A stretch of DNA of 63,916 bases, filler included, from Octopus bimaculoides (Eukaryota), in the NCBI RefSeq assembly GCF_001194135.2. It is 5 parts of 5 records of this genome, joined end to end, with 100 filler letters (N's around TTAATTAATTAA, not from the genome) between each part and the next. Parts side by side here need not be neighbours in the genome. Positions count along the whole stretch, not along the records: positions 35,833 to 53,884 come from NC_068989.1; 4 more parts are not named here. One strand, given 5' to 3'. The translations under genes and the position numbers were made by a program. The notes beneath the pieces were generated by a model. The model worked only from the letters and a program-made list of their open reading frames with translations. It searched no databases and was not told the origin of the DNA. Below are positions 39,133 to 51,337 of this stretch, piece by piece (position 1 is the stretch's first letter; every line of letters begins with the position of its first letter).

Positions 39133-39400
39133 ATGTGTGTGTGTGTGTATGTGTGTATGTGTGTACTCTTGTCAAGACATGGGATGGTTGTAAACAAATA
39201 TCATCATCATACAAGTGAGGTTGCTCATTTCCAGTCTTCCATCAAAACTCATGTCTAACCAAGGGAAAATATTACCTTTCTTGGGAACAGGTGAGTGTTG
39301 GTGACAGGAAGGGTTGGTGACAAAAATCTGTTTCAACAAATTCCATCTGACCCATGCAAGCATGGAAAAGTGGGCATTAAATGATGATAATGATGATGAT
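37885..39400 (+). mobile_element. SINE variant F split by the mariner and a Tc1-like end
   Basis: Head A remnant at 37885-37986. F body and (GAT)n tail at about 39160-39400. Confidence 0.65.
37987..38869 (-). mobile_element. Internally deleted mariner-like element in an MMUT intron
   Basis: 26-bp TIRs (CGAGGGGGTACCCAAA..AACCAGA), right end followed by TA. Minus-strand transposase remnants are ATETAVILQTANKDAVMSKTQVYKWF and WKMCQDQCIASTGEYFE. Confidence 0.85.
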
Positions 39401-39806
39401 GTTCCACTCATTGGGCTGTGGATTAGCGTTGCAGGTTTACTCACTTAAATCAACCCTAATTGAGTTAATCAAGTAATAAATACCATGTACTCAGATCTCC
39501 TCAAAATGAAATGAATTGCTGGTCTGGGACCTGTACACAAATAGAGTGAAGTCTATTTGTTGTTTTGCTGTGGTGTAAGCACATATAAAAGAAAATTATG
39601 AGTAATGTTTACATTNNNNNNNNNNNNNNNNNNNNNNNNNNNNNNNNNNNNNNNNNNNNNNNNNNNNNNNNNNNNNNNNNNNNNNNNNNNNNNNNNNNNN
39701 NNNNNNNNNNNNNNNNNNNNNNNNNNNNNNNNNNNNNNNNNNNNNNNNNNNNNNNNNNNNNNNNNNNNNNNNNNNNNNNNNNNNNNNNNNNNNNNNNNNN
39801 NNNNNN

Positions 39807-39844
<38 letters not shown>

Positions 39845-39886
39845 TGTTTTTTTATGTATGTATATTTGCATTGTAATTGTTTTCAG

Positions 39887-40023
39887 AGGTAATTGTTGGT
39901 GTGAATAAGTATCGACTGAAGGAAGAAGATATAGTTGATGTTTTAGCTATTGATAACACTAAAGTACGTGAATCACAAATTAATCGCTTGAAAATGGTTC
40001 GAGAAACACGAGACTCAGATTTG
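39887..40023 (+). CDS. MMUT: MMUT exon: (E)[45 protein letters not shown]
   Basis: ttttcag acceptor, gtaagt donor, 137 nt, phase 1/0. Contains the VIVGVNKY motif. Confidence 0.95.
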
Positions 40024-41054
40024 GTAAGTTTTATTCTTTTTCACTAAATATTCCATTAGACTTTGTTGTTGTTACTGTGTAGTTTATGCCTTGTATCTTG
40101 GGTTTATTTTAACTTTCATTATGTCAAAGTTAGGTTAATTTTGATTTTTATCTTGTCAGAGTTGATGAAATAAGAATTAAATTGATTATTGTTGATTCAG
40201 TTGGTAACAAAATTGTGTCCCTCTGAAAAATTATGATATATGTATCTTGATAGTAAGTTGTTGTTTAGACCCAAATGAACCTTGAGAGTAAGCAGACTTA
40301 TGAATAAAACATTCTAGATGTGACCATCCTATCTTATTAAGAGTGTTTAGGATTATATTATCTAATGTAACCTTTCTTTATTTAAGAAGATAGGGTCTGA
40401 TGTGAGTGAGGTTGAGTAACCACATAGTCCCTTGTTGTGTTGTGGTGGTGAATTGGTAGAAATGGTTGATTATTGGGTTAAGTACTCAATCATTGTTCAG
40501 TTTCTTCTGAGTTTGAATAGTAAATGATTTAAATAACACCAAAGTTAACTTTACCTTACCCACTCCATTCCAACTTTTGACATTGTGCTAAGAAATGAGG
40601 ATTGTAAAAAAACAACAACGTAGTATGCAAATAATTAAAATAATAAAAATAAATGAATTAAAATAAGAAGAAAATATTATCATTTATTATGCCATTTCTT
40701 TATTTATTCACCTGAAAAATATGAACCCTCTTCAGATTTAAAATAAGCTAACAGTTTTGGGAAGAAACATTCCATATTTTTAGGGCTCCATGCTATGTTA
40801 AAAATACACATCATTAAATTTATTTTAGGGAAACTATTAGACTTTAATACGGTGGTGTGAAGCTTTTTCTTCTTTTCAAAATTAAAATCAAATTATTAAT
40901 CTCTTGATTGAGGAATAACTCATTAAAACATGCAAAGCATTTTATATTGATCACTTAAATATCAGACCACTCTTAACAAAACAAGCATAGAACAAGCTCC
41001 TCTCCTTGAAAATTTACTGCCATCTGCTGCTGCTGCTGCTAATGATGATGATGA

Positions 41055-41523
41055 TCCTTTCTACTATAGGCACAAGGCTTGAAATTTTGTGGTAGGAGAC
41101 CAGATGATTANNNNNNNNNNNNNNNNNNNNNNNNNNNNNNNNNNNNNNNGTTCTCAACTGGTACTTATTTTATCAACCCCGAATGCATAAAAGCAAAGTT
41201 AATCTCAGCAGTATTTCAGCTTAAAATGTAAAGTTGTACAAAATATCACTAACCATTTTGTCTGACATGCTTAATGATTGTCAGCTCGTCACCTTATAAT
41301 AGTAATAATCCTTTCTACTAAAGGCAGAAGGCCTGAAATTTTGTGGGAGGGAACTATTTGGTTACATTGACCCTAGTGTTTCACTGATACTTAATTTATT
41401 GAGCCCCAAAAGGATGAAAATGCAGTCAATCTTGGCAGAATTTGAACTCAGACTGTAAAGACAGACGAAATGCTGCTAAACATTTTGCCTGGCATGCTAA
41501 CGATTGTGCCAGTTTGCCGCCTT
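41055..41523 (-). mobile_element. Two tandem SINE family B copies
   Basis: At about 41055-41293 and 41309-41523. Confidence 0.75.
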
Positions 41524-41652
41524 TATAATAATAATAATAATCATAATAACTATAATAATATTATTATAAATGATATAATGTTACTACCTTGTTTTTTATT
41601 CCTAGAAATACTCCCAATTCAGTATAATAGAATGTAATAATCTCACTTTCAG

Positions 41653-41778
41653 GCTGACAGGTGTCTTGAGGACATCACCAAATGTTGTAAGTCTGGTGAT
41701 GGAAATTTACTTGGACTTTCTATTGATGCTGCTCGTGCACGTTGTACTGTTGGAGAAATAACAGATGCCATGGAAGAA
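41653..41778 (+). CDS. MMUT: MMUT exon: [42 protein letters not shown]
   Basis: ctttcag acceptor, gtaagt donor, 126 nt. Contains [10 protein letters not shown]. Confidence 0.95.
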
Positions 41779-42474
41779 GTAAGTTCACATTTAACATTGT
41801 TATTTCTATCTTTCTAGGAATTCTACTCCTGGAATCTTCTCTGCTGCTGCCAAATTTGATAAGATCATCTTTGAATTAGAGGTTTTATGAGATGTCTTTT
41901 ACTTTATCTCATCTCTCCAATTCCTAGTGCAGAGACAGAGGAATCAGAATTGCACATGTCAGCTTAAAGTGAACTTGTGTCCTTTCTCTGTCTCCCCTAT
42001 TCTTGCGTAATACATATCACCTGTATATGTTGTCTTAATATATATAACCAACAAATATATATATGGGCTACAACTATTGTTTTATACTTACCACTTACAA
42101 ATATTGTCTTATATTTCTAACCTACAAATATTGTGTAATACATATAACCTGCAAATATTGTGTCAATCTATTGCAGATGTTTTTGAGCTAGATTGACACC
42201 GTAAGCAGGTGAACGTTCATGAGAGGAAGGGTGTCCTGCCATAGAAAATCTGCCTCAACAAAAAAGTGGATGTTAAAACAATGCTGATTTTACACACATG
42301 TGCACACACACATGTGCACACACTCATGTGCACACGCACACACACACACCCACCCACCATCAGCAGTGTCATCATCAACATTCAGTGTTCGTTTTCCATG
42401 TTGGCATGGGTTGGATGGCTATCTGTTTGTTTGTGTGTGTGTGTATGTATGTATGTATGTATGTACGTATATAC

Positions 42475-43640
42475 GTATGTAGTGCCAGCGAAGAAACGGG
42501 CCTGGAAGGACTGGAAGAATGATGGTAGCAGAGAACACGATCAGGTAGCTTGGAGAGAGTCTAGAAGACAGATGTAACTAACGAGGGGAGAAATAGAAAG
42601 GAGGAAGTTTGTCAGTGTTCTGTGACGTAAGGACCAGAGGCTTGAAGTGTTTAAGATTGCAAGACAGTGTCAGAGAAAATCGTGATGTGGTAGGAAAGAA
42701 ATGTTTTCACATGGATGATGGCTCACTTGCAGTCAGTTATTTTGCAAAGAAGGAGGCTTGGAAGCGCCACTATGAAAGGTTGCTAAATGTAGAGAATGCA
42801 TGGAAAAAGGAGAGCTTGCCTAATGTGGACCTAACAGTGGGGCTGGCTATCCTAATTGACAGTAGCTTAGTAGATAAAGCAATTAAGGATATGAAGATAG
42901 AGAAACTCCATAAGATGTACCCAGGGTAAGCTATGGACACATAAGGGGTGCAGTAATATCAGAGGAAGGTTGACATCGTCATCATCATCATCGTTTAACG
43001 TCTGCTTTCCATGCTAGCATGGGTTGGACGATTTGACTGAGGACTGGTGAAACCGGATGGCAACACCAGGCTCCAATCTGATTTGGCAGAGTTTCTACAG
43101 CTGGATGCCCTTCCTAACGCCAACCACTCAGAGAGTGTAGTGGGTGCTTTTACGTGTCACCCGCACGAAGACCAGTCAGGCGGTACTGGCAACAGGGAAA
43201 ACAATTTTTGTCTGGAAGGTGCACAGATACAAATAATATTAAGAATGTACAGAAAATAGGCTCTGCCAAATGCTAGTGGCGAAAACTAGAAGTAGTTGAT
43301 AGCTTCCATTACCTAGGTGACCAAGTCAGTAGCAGGGGTGGATGCTCCAAGAGCGTAGCTACTAGAATAGGCTGGGTAAAATTCAGAGATCTCTCCAGCT
43401 GAGCATTCCTAATCTTGTGGGCTTGTAGGTGCTGCTGCCGTGTAAAAAGCACCTGTGGCAGTACTGCAAAAAAGCACCCATTACACTCCATAAAGTGGAT
43501 GGCATTAAGAAGTGCATCCAGCCATAGAAACCATACCAAAACAGACATAGAGTCTTGGCAGATCTTCAGCTGGCAAGCTCCTATCAAACCGTCCAATACA
43601 TGCCAGCATGGAAAACAGACAGTAAATGATGATGATGATG
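42475..43640 (+). mobile_element. RTE/RTEX LINE fragments with 3' UTR, interrupted by an inverted 3' UTR copy (42977-43195, -)
   Basis: Peptides KKEAWKRHYERLLNVENAW and EVVDSFHYLGDQVS. (GAT)n tail at about 43625-43642. Confidence 0.8.
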
Positions 43641-43785
43641 ATGTCTATTCTACCCTGCTGTACTTATCAACAGTTTGGAGATCTTGCTTTCTTGACATCA
43701 GGCAGTATATGATAATCAGATATGAATTGCTATCATTTTTGTTATTTATGTCTAACAGTTGTTTTCATTCATTTTCCAGATTTAA

Positions 43786-44006
43786 CCCATTAGCATATAA
43801 ACTGGCCATATCTGGTCAAAATATTCTACCTGTTTTATGTTCAAACTGGTCAGATCTGGCCTCTCATACCAACCCTACATTATCATTTTAAAAATTAACA
43901 GTTATTTCATCAAACTCATGAAATTACAATATAATGCATGATTAATCCAAAACAATGTGGATAAAAAAAGCATTACATTTGACAAAATAATGTGAGTGTT
44001 AAAGGA
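43786..44006. mobile_element. piggyBac-like MITE
   Basis: TTAA|CCC left end and a degenerate right end. Homologous to 29368-29522. Confidence 0.5.
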
Positions 44007-44337
44007 TTTAGATAGTCAATTCTTTTTTATTGCTTAATCTGAAGATAAATTTTTTGTAAAGCCTCCAAGGAGAAAGGAAGGATATTCTTAAACTGGTATA
44101 TTTCACAGAGTTTCCATCTACACCAGATTCACAAAGGCTTGAATTAACCCAGTGTTATGAAAGAAGATATTTACCCAAGGTACTAAGAACTGGTATTGAA
44201 CTGGAAAGCAAACTTCTTAACTATCTTGCCTTGCCTGTGAAGATGTTGAAATCTATTTTCATTCTAAAGAGATTTGTTTCTTTGTCAAAATATTTCTCTG
44301 ATATTTTGTTATTGTGTTCCTCCTCTTTTACTGATAG

Positions 44338-44439
44338 GTATTTGGCCGCCATATTGCCTCTGATCGATTAGTCAGTGGTGCTTACAAGACAGAATATAGT
44401 GAAATGGATGAGATCAGGAATGTGATAAACAGAGTTAAT
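44338..44439 (+). CDS. MMUT: MMUT exon: VFGRHIASDRLVSGAYKTEYSEMDEIRNVINRVN
   Basis: ctgatag acceptor after a pyrimidine tract, gtaagt donor, 102 nt. Confidence 0.93.
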
Positions 44440-44649
44440 GTAAGTTAAAACAATTTTCTATTTAAATGTTTTTATAAATTTAAGTCACAGAATCTATTTA
44501 GCTGTAAACATATCACAGCAAAAATTTATTTTGTTATCTCTAAAATTTTAAAATTCTGTTTCATACCCCAGAGGCAGTTTTATATTACATTTATGTTATG
44601 AACTATTTCAACTACTTGGAATATTTACTAAAAGTTGATGACAGTTTTG

Positions 44650-45400
44650 TTACCTAGGTAACCTTATCAGTATTGGAAGAGGATTTTGTAATATAGTAGC
44701 CAGAGTAAAGATGGCATGGAAAAAGTTTATAGAAATATTACTATTTCTGGCAGCTAAGCATTCATCTGTCCAAATGAAGGACACGTTATATGAGGGTTGT
44801 GCATGATGGGCATTGTTGTGGTGTCTGTGTATGAAGACATGAGTATTGAATGTAGAGGATGTGTGTAGGCTGGAATGGAATTATGCAAGCATGATCCACT
44901 GGGTCTGTAATGTTAGTATGTTCTGACAATAGAAATTATTTGTAAAAAAGAAAAACTATGAAAACAAGGGAAGAAATGGTAGAGTTATATAACAGGATTT
45001 TGATCCTCTTTAAAGAGGTAACAAGAGGATTGAGAGAAGTGGTAGTATGCCATACTGCAGGCTAATCCAGACAATACCAAGATAGAAAGTTAGTATACAT
45101 GGACAAACAGGGCACAGATGAGCTGAGGTAAAACAAATGGGCATCTGACAAATTTGCTGTGGTGTGCAGAGGACAAGACTGAGCTAGTGTGGATAGGTGT
45201 TGTATATGAAGTATGATAGATGGGTAGAGAGATAGCAAAGGATCCAAGTGGAAGGATTTGTAGGAAGATCTGGGAAGAAGTGGTGGAGGCTGATGTTCTC
45301 AGAATACTGGACTTCATGAAAGAGATTACAATGGACCTCAACAATGGCCAGATACTGTGTTAGAAAAGAACTATCCATCCAAGACAACATAGAGAAATGG
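44650..45400 (+). mobile_element. RTE-type LINE C-terminal fragment containing a 167-bp inverted insertion
   Basis: Peptides FCYLG.., ARVKMAWKKF, VEDVCRLEW and GTDELR, with an insertion at 44918-45084. Confidence 0.7.
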
Positions 45401-45637
45401 ATGTGAAATGATGACAGTGACTCTTCATTGAAAATGGTAGACAAAAATTTAAATCTAATTTTAGCATCAATATCTTGGTATTGTCTGGATTAGCCTGCAG
45501 TATGGCATGCTATCAGTTTTCTCAATCCTCTTGTTACCTCTTTAAAGAGGCTCAGAATCCTGTTATCTAACTCTACCATTTCTTCCCTTGTTTTCATAGT
45601 TTTTCTTTTTTACAAATAATTTCCATTGTCAGAACAT
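44918..45637. repeat. 167-bp inverted repeat pair (44918-45084 and 45471-45637)
   Basis: Manual alignment gives 8 mismatches in 167 nt. Confidence 0.92.
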
Positions 45638-46694
45638 TTTTATTCAGTTTGTGCCCTTTGTACATGAATAGCTGTCTTTTCTGTATCCATTAACTGATGT
45701 CATTAAAGCTAGGTACTTTATCATCTCACTTGTAGTCTGTTATTTTCATGATAGTTTTAAAGGAGTGCAGAATGTCTGAGTTTGGAGAAGATATGGATAA
45801 ATACTTTATAGCATTTAATTTTTCAACCCCTTTGTTTTAAATTCTGCTGCAGTTACCTTTGTTTTATTTCCCTGGAAGTTGATAGAACAAACAGCAGTAA
45901 TGTTGTGAAGTTGAGTTAAGTTGAGAAACAGATAACATTATGCTTATCACTATTTTTGAGAGTGGTTGGATATGTTTTATCTAGTTTTGAACATATTGCT
46001 ACTTATCCAGATTTTACATAACTGAGGATATGAATAACTTGAATGAACAAGTCATTAATCGTTAAGANNNNNNNNNNNNNNNNNNNNNNNNNNNNNNNNN
46101 NNNNNNNNNNNNNNNNNNNNNNNNNNNNNNNNNNNNNNNNNNNNNNNNNNNNNNNNNNNNNNNNNNNNNNNNNNNNNNNNNNNNNNNNNNNNNNNNNNNN
46201 NNNNNNNNNNNNNNNNNNNNNNNNNNNNNNNNNNNNNNNNNNNNNNNNNNNNNNNNNNNNNNNNNNNNNNNNNNNNNNNNNNNNNNNNNNNNNNNNNNNN
46301 NNNNNNNNNNNNNNNNNNNNNNNNNNNNNNNNNNNNNNNNNNNNNNNNNNNNNNNNNNNNNNNNNNNNNNNNNNNNNNNNNNNNNNNNNNNNNNNNNNNN
46401 NNNNNNNNNNNNNNNNNNNNNNNNNNNNNNNNNNNNNNNNNNNNNNNNNNNNNNNNNNNNNNNNNNNNNNNNNNNNNNNNNNNNNNNNNAATCCCCCCAC
46501 TCCTTTATAAGGTCAGTATTATTGTCTTCTTACCTATGTGTCCTAGTTATAAACATACATCACACACACATATATATATATATACATATATATATATAGT
46601 TAAAAAAAACAATAACAAAAAAACAAAAAAACAAAGTGAGGACGTGATATGGATAGTATTATTGGACGCTCAGGAAAGGAAAGAGAGAGTGTAT

Positions 46695-46721
46695 GACGTT
46701 TCGGGCGTAGCCCTTCGTCGG
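46695..46721 (-). ncRNA. Minimal hammerhead-like core, one core substitution
   Basis: CCGACGA-A-GGG-CTACG-CCC-GAAAC-GTC. The downstream flank is homologous to that of the 30098 motif. Confidence 0.4.
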
Positions 46722-47225
46722 AAAGATGGAAAGTTCGGAGAATGGAAGAACGGAGAAAGAGGAAAATGGTACCGATGCCCACGAGGTTGTTCTGGCTTGT
46801 TCTAATGGCTTGCCTAACTCTCCACTGCTACACACTTTATAAAGACGGTGTTATCTTTATAGTGCCCCAGCATGACCACTACTTTTGAGCTGAAACCAGT
46901 TAAAGAGATTAAAGAGATACATTATATATAATTGTTATATTATAATTGAAAGTAAATAATTCTCAGAATTTTAATTCTTACTGATGCGTTGCCCTGAGTT
47001 ACTGTTTCTATGTATTCACCTTTTGAAAATAGTTACATTATATTACTAAATCTATCTTACAGTAAATTAGCTGTCTCAAGATTTATTTAATATTTAGTGA
47101 AACAAACCAATAAATAAATAATTGGTTATAACAATACCTTATCCCTGGCTTTAGATGGCTAAAGATACTGTATAGACAGTCAGTTAGTCATTATATCTTC
47201 ATTGTCTTCTGTTCTCTTTCAACAG

Positions 47226-47353
47226 ACACCGAGAGAAGCTGCACAGCAAGCTATTGATGCTGACGTCCATATAGTTGGAGTTAGTTCCCTTGCAGCTGGT
47301 CACAAAACTTTGATTCCACAACTCATTAAAGAATTGAAAAATTTACAAAGACC
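47226..47353 (+). CDS. MMUT: MMUT exon: [43 protein letters not shown]
   Basis: tcaacag acceptor, gtaagt donor, 128 nt, phase 0/2. Contains the B12-domain SxLxxGH motif. Confidence 0.95.
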
Positions 47354-47444
47354 GTAAGTATTAATACATTTAATGTAACACACTATATAGTGTATTGCAG
47401 TTTACAAGAATATACCATAGTATATTTCTGTATAACATAGCTTT

Positions 47445-48325
47445 TGACAGAGTTCCCCCTCTCTGTTATCAGGTGGTCTCTAAGGAATTGAGGAGTAGAG
47501 GAGTAGTTTGTTAGAGCAGTACAAGCCATGTACAGTGATGCTGTCAGTAAGATGAGAGTTGGCCATAAATACAGTGATGAATTCAGCGTACAAGTAGGGG
47601 TTCACCAGGCTCTTAGTTCAGTCTTATTTATCATAGTCTTCCAGACCATAACAGAGGAATTCAAAACTGGATGCCCATTAGAACTGCTATATGCTGATAA
47701 CCTGAAGCTGAATTGGAGAAGAAGTTCTAGGTTTGGAAGCAAAACCTGGAATCAAAGGGCCTTAAAGTTAACTTAGCAACACCAAAGTTGTTGTTAGCAA
47801 GAAAGCTGATAAGACTCTCTTTCTATCGGATAAACGGCCCTGCTCAGTTTGTAGGAAAGGAATGGGAAGTAATTCCATTTGCTGCACTGAGTGTAAGCTG
47901 TAGACGCACAAGAGGCGCAATGGAATCACAGGTACATTAACAGATAAGGTCGCCTTTGTGTGTGGCAGATGTGCAGGAACAATAAGCACTAAGAGCATGC
48001 AGAACTTAGACTCTCTCAAATGCCCAGGAGACTCTCTTGAGGTAGTACATAGTTTATGCTACTTAGGTGACCAAATTAGTAATGGTGGTGGATGCTCTGA
48101 AAGTGTTGTAACAAAAATAGGATAGAGGAAATTCAGGGAACTACTACCTCTGTTGGCAATAGAAGGACTCTCTCTCTCAGTGTGAAAGGTAGACTATATG
48201 ATGCTTGTGTATGAATGACTATACTCCATGGTAGTGAGGCCTGGGCTCTGAATGCAGAGGATGTGTAGACTAGAGAGGAGCGAAGGTTGTATGCTCTGCA
48301 GGATGTGCAACATCAGTGTGCATGT
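47445..48325 (+). mobile_element. RTE/RTEX LINE reverse transcriptase fragment
   Basis: Peptides VQVGVHQALSSVLFIIV, LLYADNL, CYLGDQIS, KGRLYDACV and LHGSEAWALNAEDVCRLERSE. Confidence 0.88.
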
Positions 48326-48679
48326 ACAACAAAAAAATTTTCTTTATTATAAATTATTAAGTTACAGAGAGAGAGACAAAGAATTTTACATATATAAATC
48401 ACTTCCTACAAAATTTATTGTAAATAATGAACACTTTAAAGTATATATAGTAAAACTCTCATTCGGTAAAATGAAGTAGAAATATAAACATCTTTTAAAT
48501 TTTATTTTCATTCTCTAATTTTGGAGTTTTTCTCATTAAGAATTGTTTGTAAATATTTGCTTTATTCAGATATCTTTATATGGTTCCTTAAAATTAGTTT
48601 GTATTGTTATTACGAGGAGTGAAATATCTGTTTATGTTTGTCAACAATCAATCGATTTTATACATTTCTTTGTTGTCAG

Positions 48680-48768
48680 AGATATAATTGTTGTTGCTGG
48701 AGGTGTGATTCCCCCACAGGATTATAAAGAGCTGATGGACTGTGGGTGTGCTGCAATATTTGGCCCAG
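48680..48768 (+). CDS. MMUT: MMUT exon: [30 protein letters not shown]
   Basis: ttgtcag acceptor, gtacag donor, 89 nt, phase 2/1. Contains GGVIPPQDY. Confidence 0.94.
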
Positions 48769-48814
48769 GTACAGTTACCTTTTATTAACTATATTTAGTA
48801 TTCTGAAACAAAAT

Positions 48815-49030
48815 TGCAGCAAGCTGGCAGAATTGTTAGTGCACTGGGCGAAATGCTTTGTGGAGTTTCATCTATATTTATGTTCTGAGTTCAGATTCTG
48901 CCAGTAATGTTTTTGCCTTTCAGCCTTTCGAGGTTGATAAAGTAAGTACCAGTTGAGCATTGGGGTCGATGTAATCAGCTTATGCTGTCACCCAAAATTG
49001 ATGGCCTTTTACCAAAATTTGAAATGAATA
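48815..49030 (+). mobile_element. SINE family B
   Basis: Head and core. Confidence 0.8.
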
Positions 49031-49419
49031 TTCTGAAGCAAAATGCTTTTTAAGATGAAATAATAATTATTGGTTGTTGGAAATGTTCTGAAGAAAATAT
49101 GATTTTCTTAATTCTGTCAAGGCTTCAGTTTTTGTATCATCAAATAGCTACTGCGATGATAAGAATTCTGATAATAGTAAAAGTATTAATCTTAATTCTT
49201 AAAACTAAGTTTCCATTGATAGATTCCATAACTTTCAGCTACCAGTTTTTAATGGTAGGATTTAATATGCAAACTCTTTTAGTTATTTTATCCATTAGCT
49301 TTCAGGGCTGTTGTATTTAGTGACATAACAGGAAAAATACCCCAGGAGAATTCGGTGTAAAAATTACAAATATTATAGAGTCTCACATATGTAATATGAA
49401 ACACTTTGATTGACAGAAG

Positions 49420-49833
49420 TGCCAATTGTGAAAGGAACCTGTGGAAAAGGTAGACCCAAGAAGATGTGGGACGAAGTGGTGAAATGTGACCTTTAGATGT
49501 TGAGTCTTACTGAGATGATGACAAGTGACCGGGACTTCTGGCAAATTGCTGTGCTTGAGCAGACGTGACAAGCTTAGTGTGAAATCATGGTCATGGCCTA
49601 GTGCTGGTGTGAATGACACCTGTGCCAGTGACGTGTAATTGGCACCTGTGATGGTGACACTTGAAAGGCTCCCAGTACACTCTGTGGAGTGGTTGGCATT
49701 ATGAAGTGGATCCAGATGTAGAAATCAAGCCAAATTAGATTGGCGCCTAGTGCAGCTCTCGAGCTTACCATCTCTGGTCAAACCGTCTAACTCATGCCAG
49801 CATGGAAAGTGGATGATGATGATGATGATGATG
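49420..49833 (+). mobile_element. RTE/RTEX LINE 3' end: ORF C-terminus, 3' UTR and (GAT)n tail
   Basis: GTCGKGRPKKMWDEVVKCDL...TSDRDFWQIAV, followed by catgccagcatggaaagtgg(atg)n. Confidence 0.85.
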
Positions 49834-50289
49834 AATTAATGAATAGAACTGTCGGAGATTTTGAAAAAAAGTTAAAACGCAAGGGAGGTAACTCTGCAAA
49901 CTGATATGTTTGGAAAATTTAAACAAATACAGATGAGAATTGATGTTGTTTTGAAAGCTAACTGCTAAAAGTAACTGACATGTTTTGTTATTGTTAGACC
50001 TTTTCAGTGAAACTAAGAGTAAGCTATCTATCTGCCGATCTGTATGGGTAGGGCATAATTTGTTGAGGCAAATTTTCTTCCATCATATACCCTTCTTGTC
50101 ACTAGTCATTACCTGTTTCCAAATGAGTTGATGTTTTCCCCATTATCAAACATATTTTCATGTAATATTCATAACAAAGGATACTGCTTTGATAGTGATG
50201 TAATATCAAGGAAAGGAGACAATAACACACACACATATATCATCATCATCATTCAATATCTGTTTTCCATGGTGTGTGTGTGTGTATAT

Positions 50290-50410
50290 ATATATTTAAA
50301 CGACAGACTTGTTTCAGTTTCCATGTTCCAGATCCACTCACAAAGCCTTGATTGGTCAGAGACTATAGTAAACGCTTGCCCAAGGTTCTATATAGTGGAC
50401 TGAACTGGAA
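50290..50410 (-). mobile_element. SINE A-type head
   Basis: Reverse-complement head remnant. Confidence 0.65.
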
Positions 50411-50759
50411 AGTTGGTTGGTTGGCTAGTTGATCAGTTTATTGTTAGATAGGTAGAGAGAGAAAGAGAGAAAAGCAGATGGAATGAGGTGGCTCTGACAA
50501 TATGGCTGACTAGAGTATTGTATATCCAAATGTTGTTTTGATGTATATGTGGATGAAATAATAGTCAAAGCATAATGTAGGCAAGACTGTGTACGAGTAT
50601 GCTCACTGGCTGTGAACTTAGGATGATGTTCTTAGTACATGCTCATGTGTTCAAATCTTATTCCAGTCATCTGGTAAACACTTGAGTTGGACACTTAGCT
50701 CTGCTAGTTGATGTTTTTCTTACTGTTAAAGGAAGTTTTACTTCTATTTCATATTAAGA

Positions 50760-51158
50760 TGTAGGCATGGCTCTGTGGTTAAGAAGTTTCCCAAACATGT
50801 GGTTTCAGGTTCAGTCCCACTGTGAGGCACTTTGAGCAAGTGTCTTCTACTACAGCTCTCTACTGACCAAAACCTTGTGACTGGATTTAGTGGATGGAAA
50901 CTGAAAGAAGCTTGTTTGTGTATGTGTGTGTGTGTTGACATTATGTGATAATTGTAAAAAAGTATCACTCTCAAAAAAGTGGTGTTTTTTTCTTTCAATT
51001 TTGCATGAAAGCACGTTTGCCCATGGGGTAATATCACCTTACTTGGAAACAATTTTGGCTTGGCAACAGGAAGGAACATCAAACAATAAAAACATCTACT
51101 GCGACAAATTCCATCTGACTCGTGTAAGCGTGGGAAAGTGGACATTAAGATGAGGATA
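50760..51158 (+). mobile_element. SINE variant F, full length
   Basis: Head A, a TG tract, the F body, and an RTE-type ggcaacaggaagg...ccatctgac...gtggacattaagatga end. Confidence 0.8.
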
Positions 51159-51337
51159 AGGGCATCCAACTGCAAAAACAAATGCTTAGATATTTTCCTT
51201 TCTATTGGGAACACAACAAAATGAAGTCGTAAAAATTTAGAGATTACTGTTAATTGCTGCTACAGAAAATATAATTTTAGAGATTTCTGAAGTGTATACT
51301 TGTTACCAATGATTTCATTGTTTTGTTTGTCTTTTAG

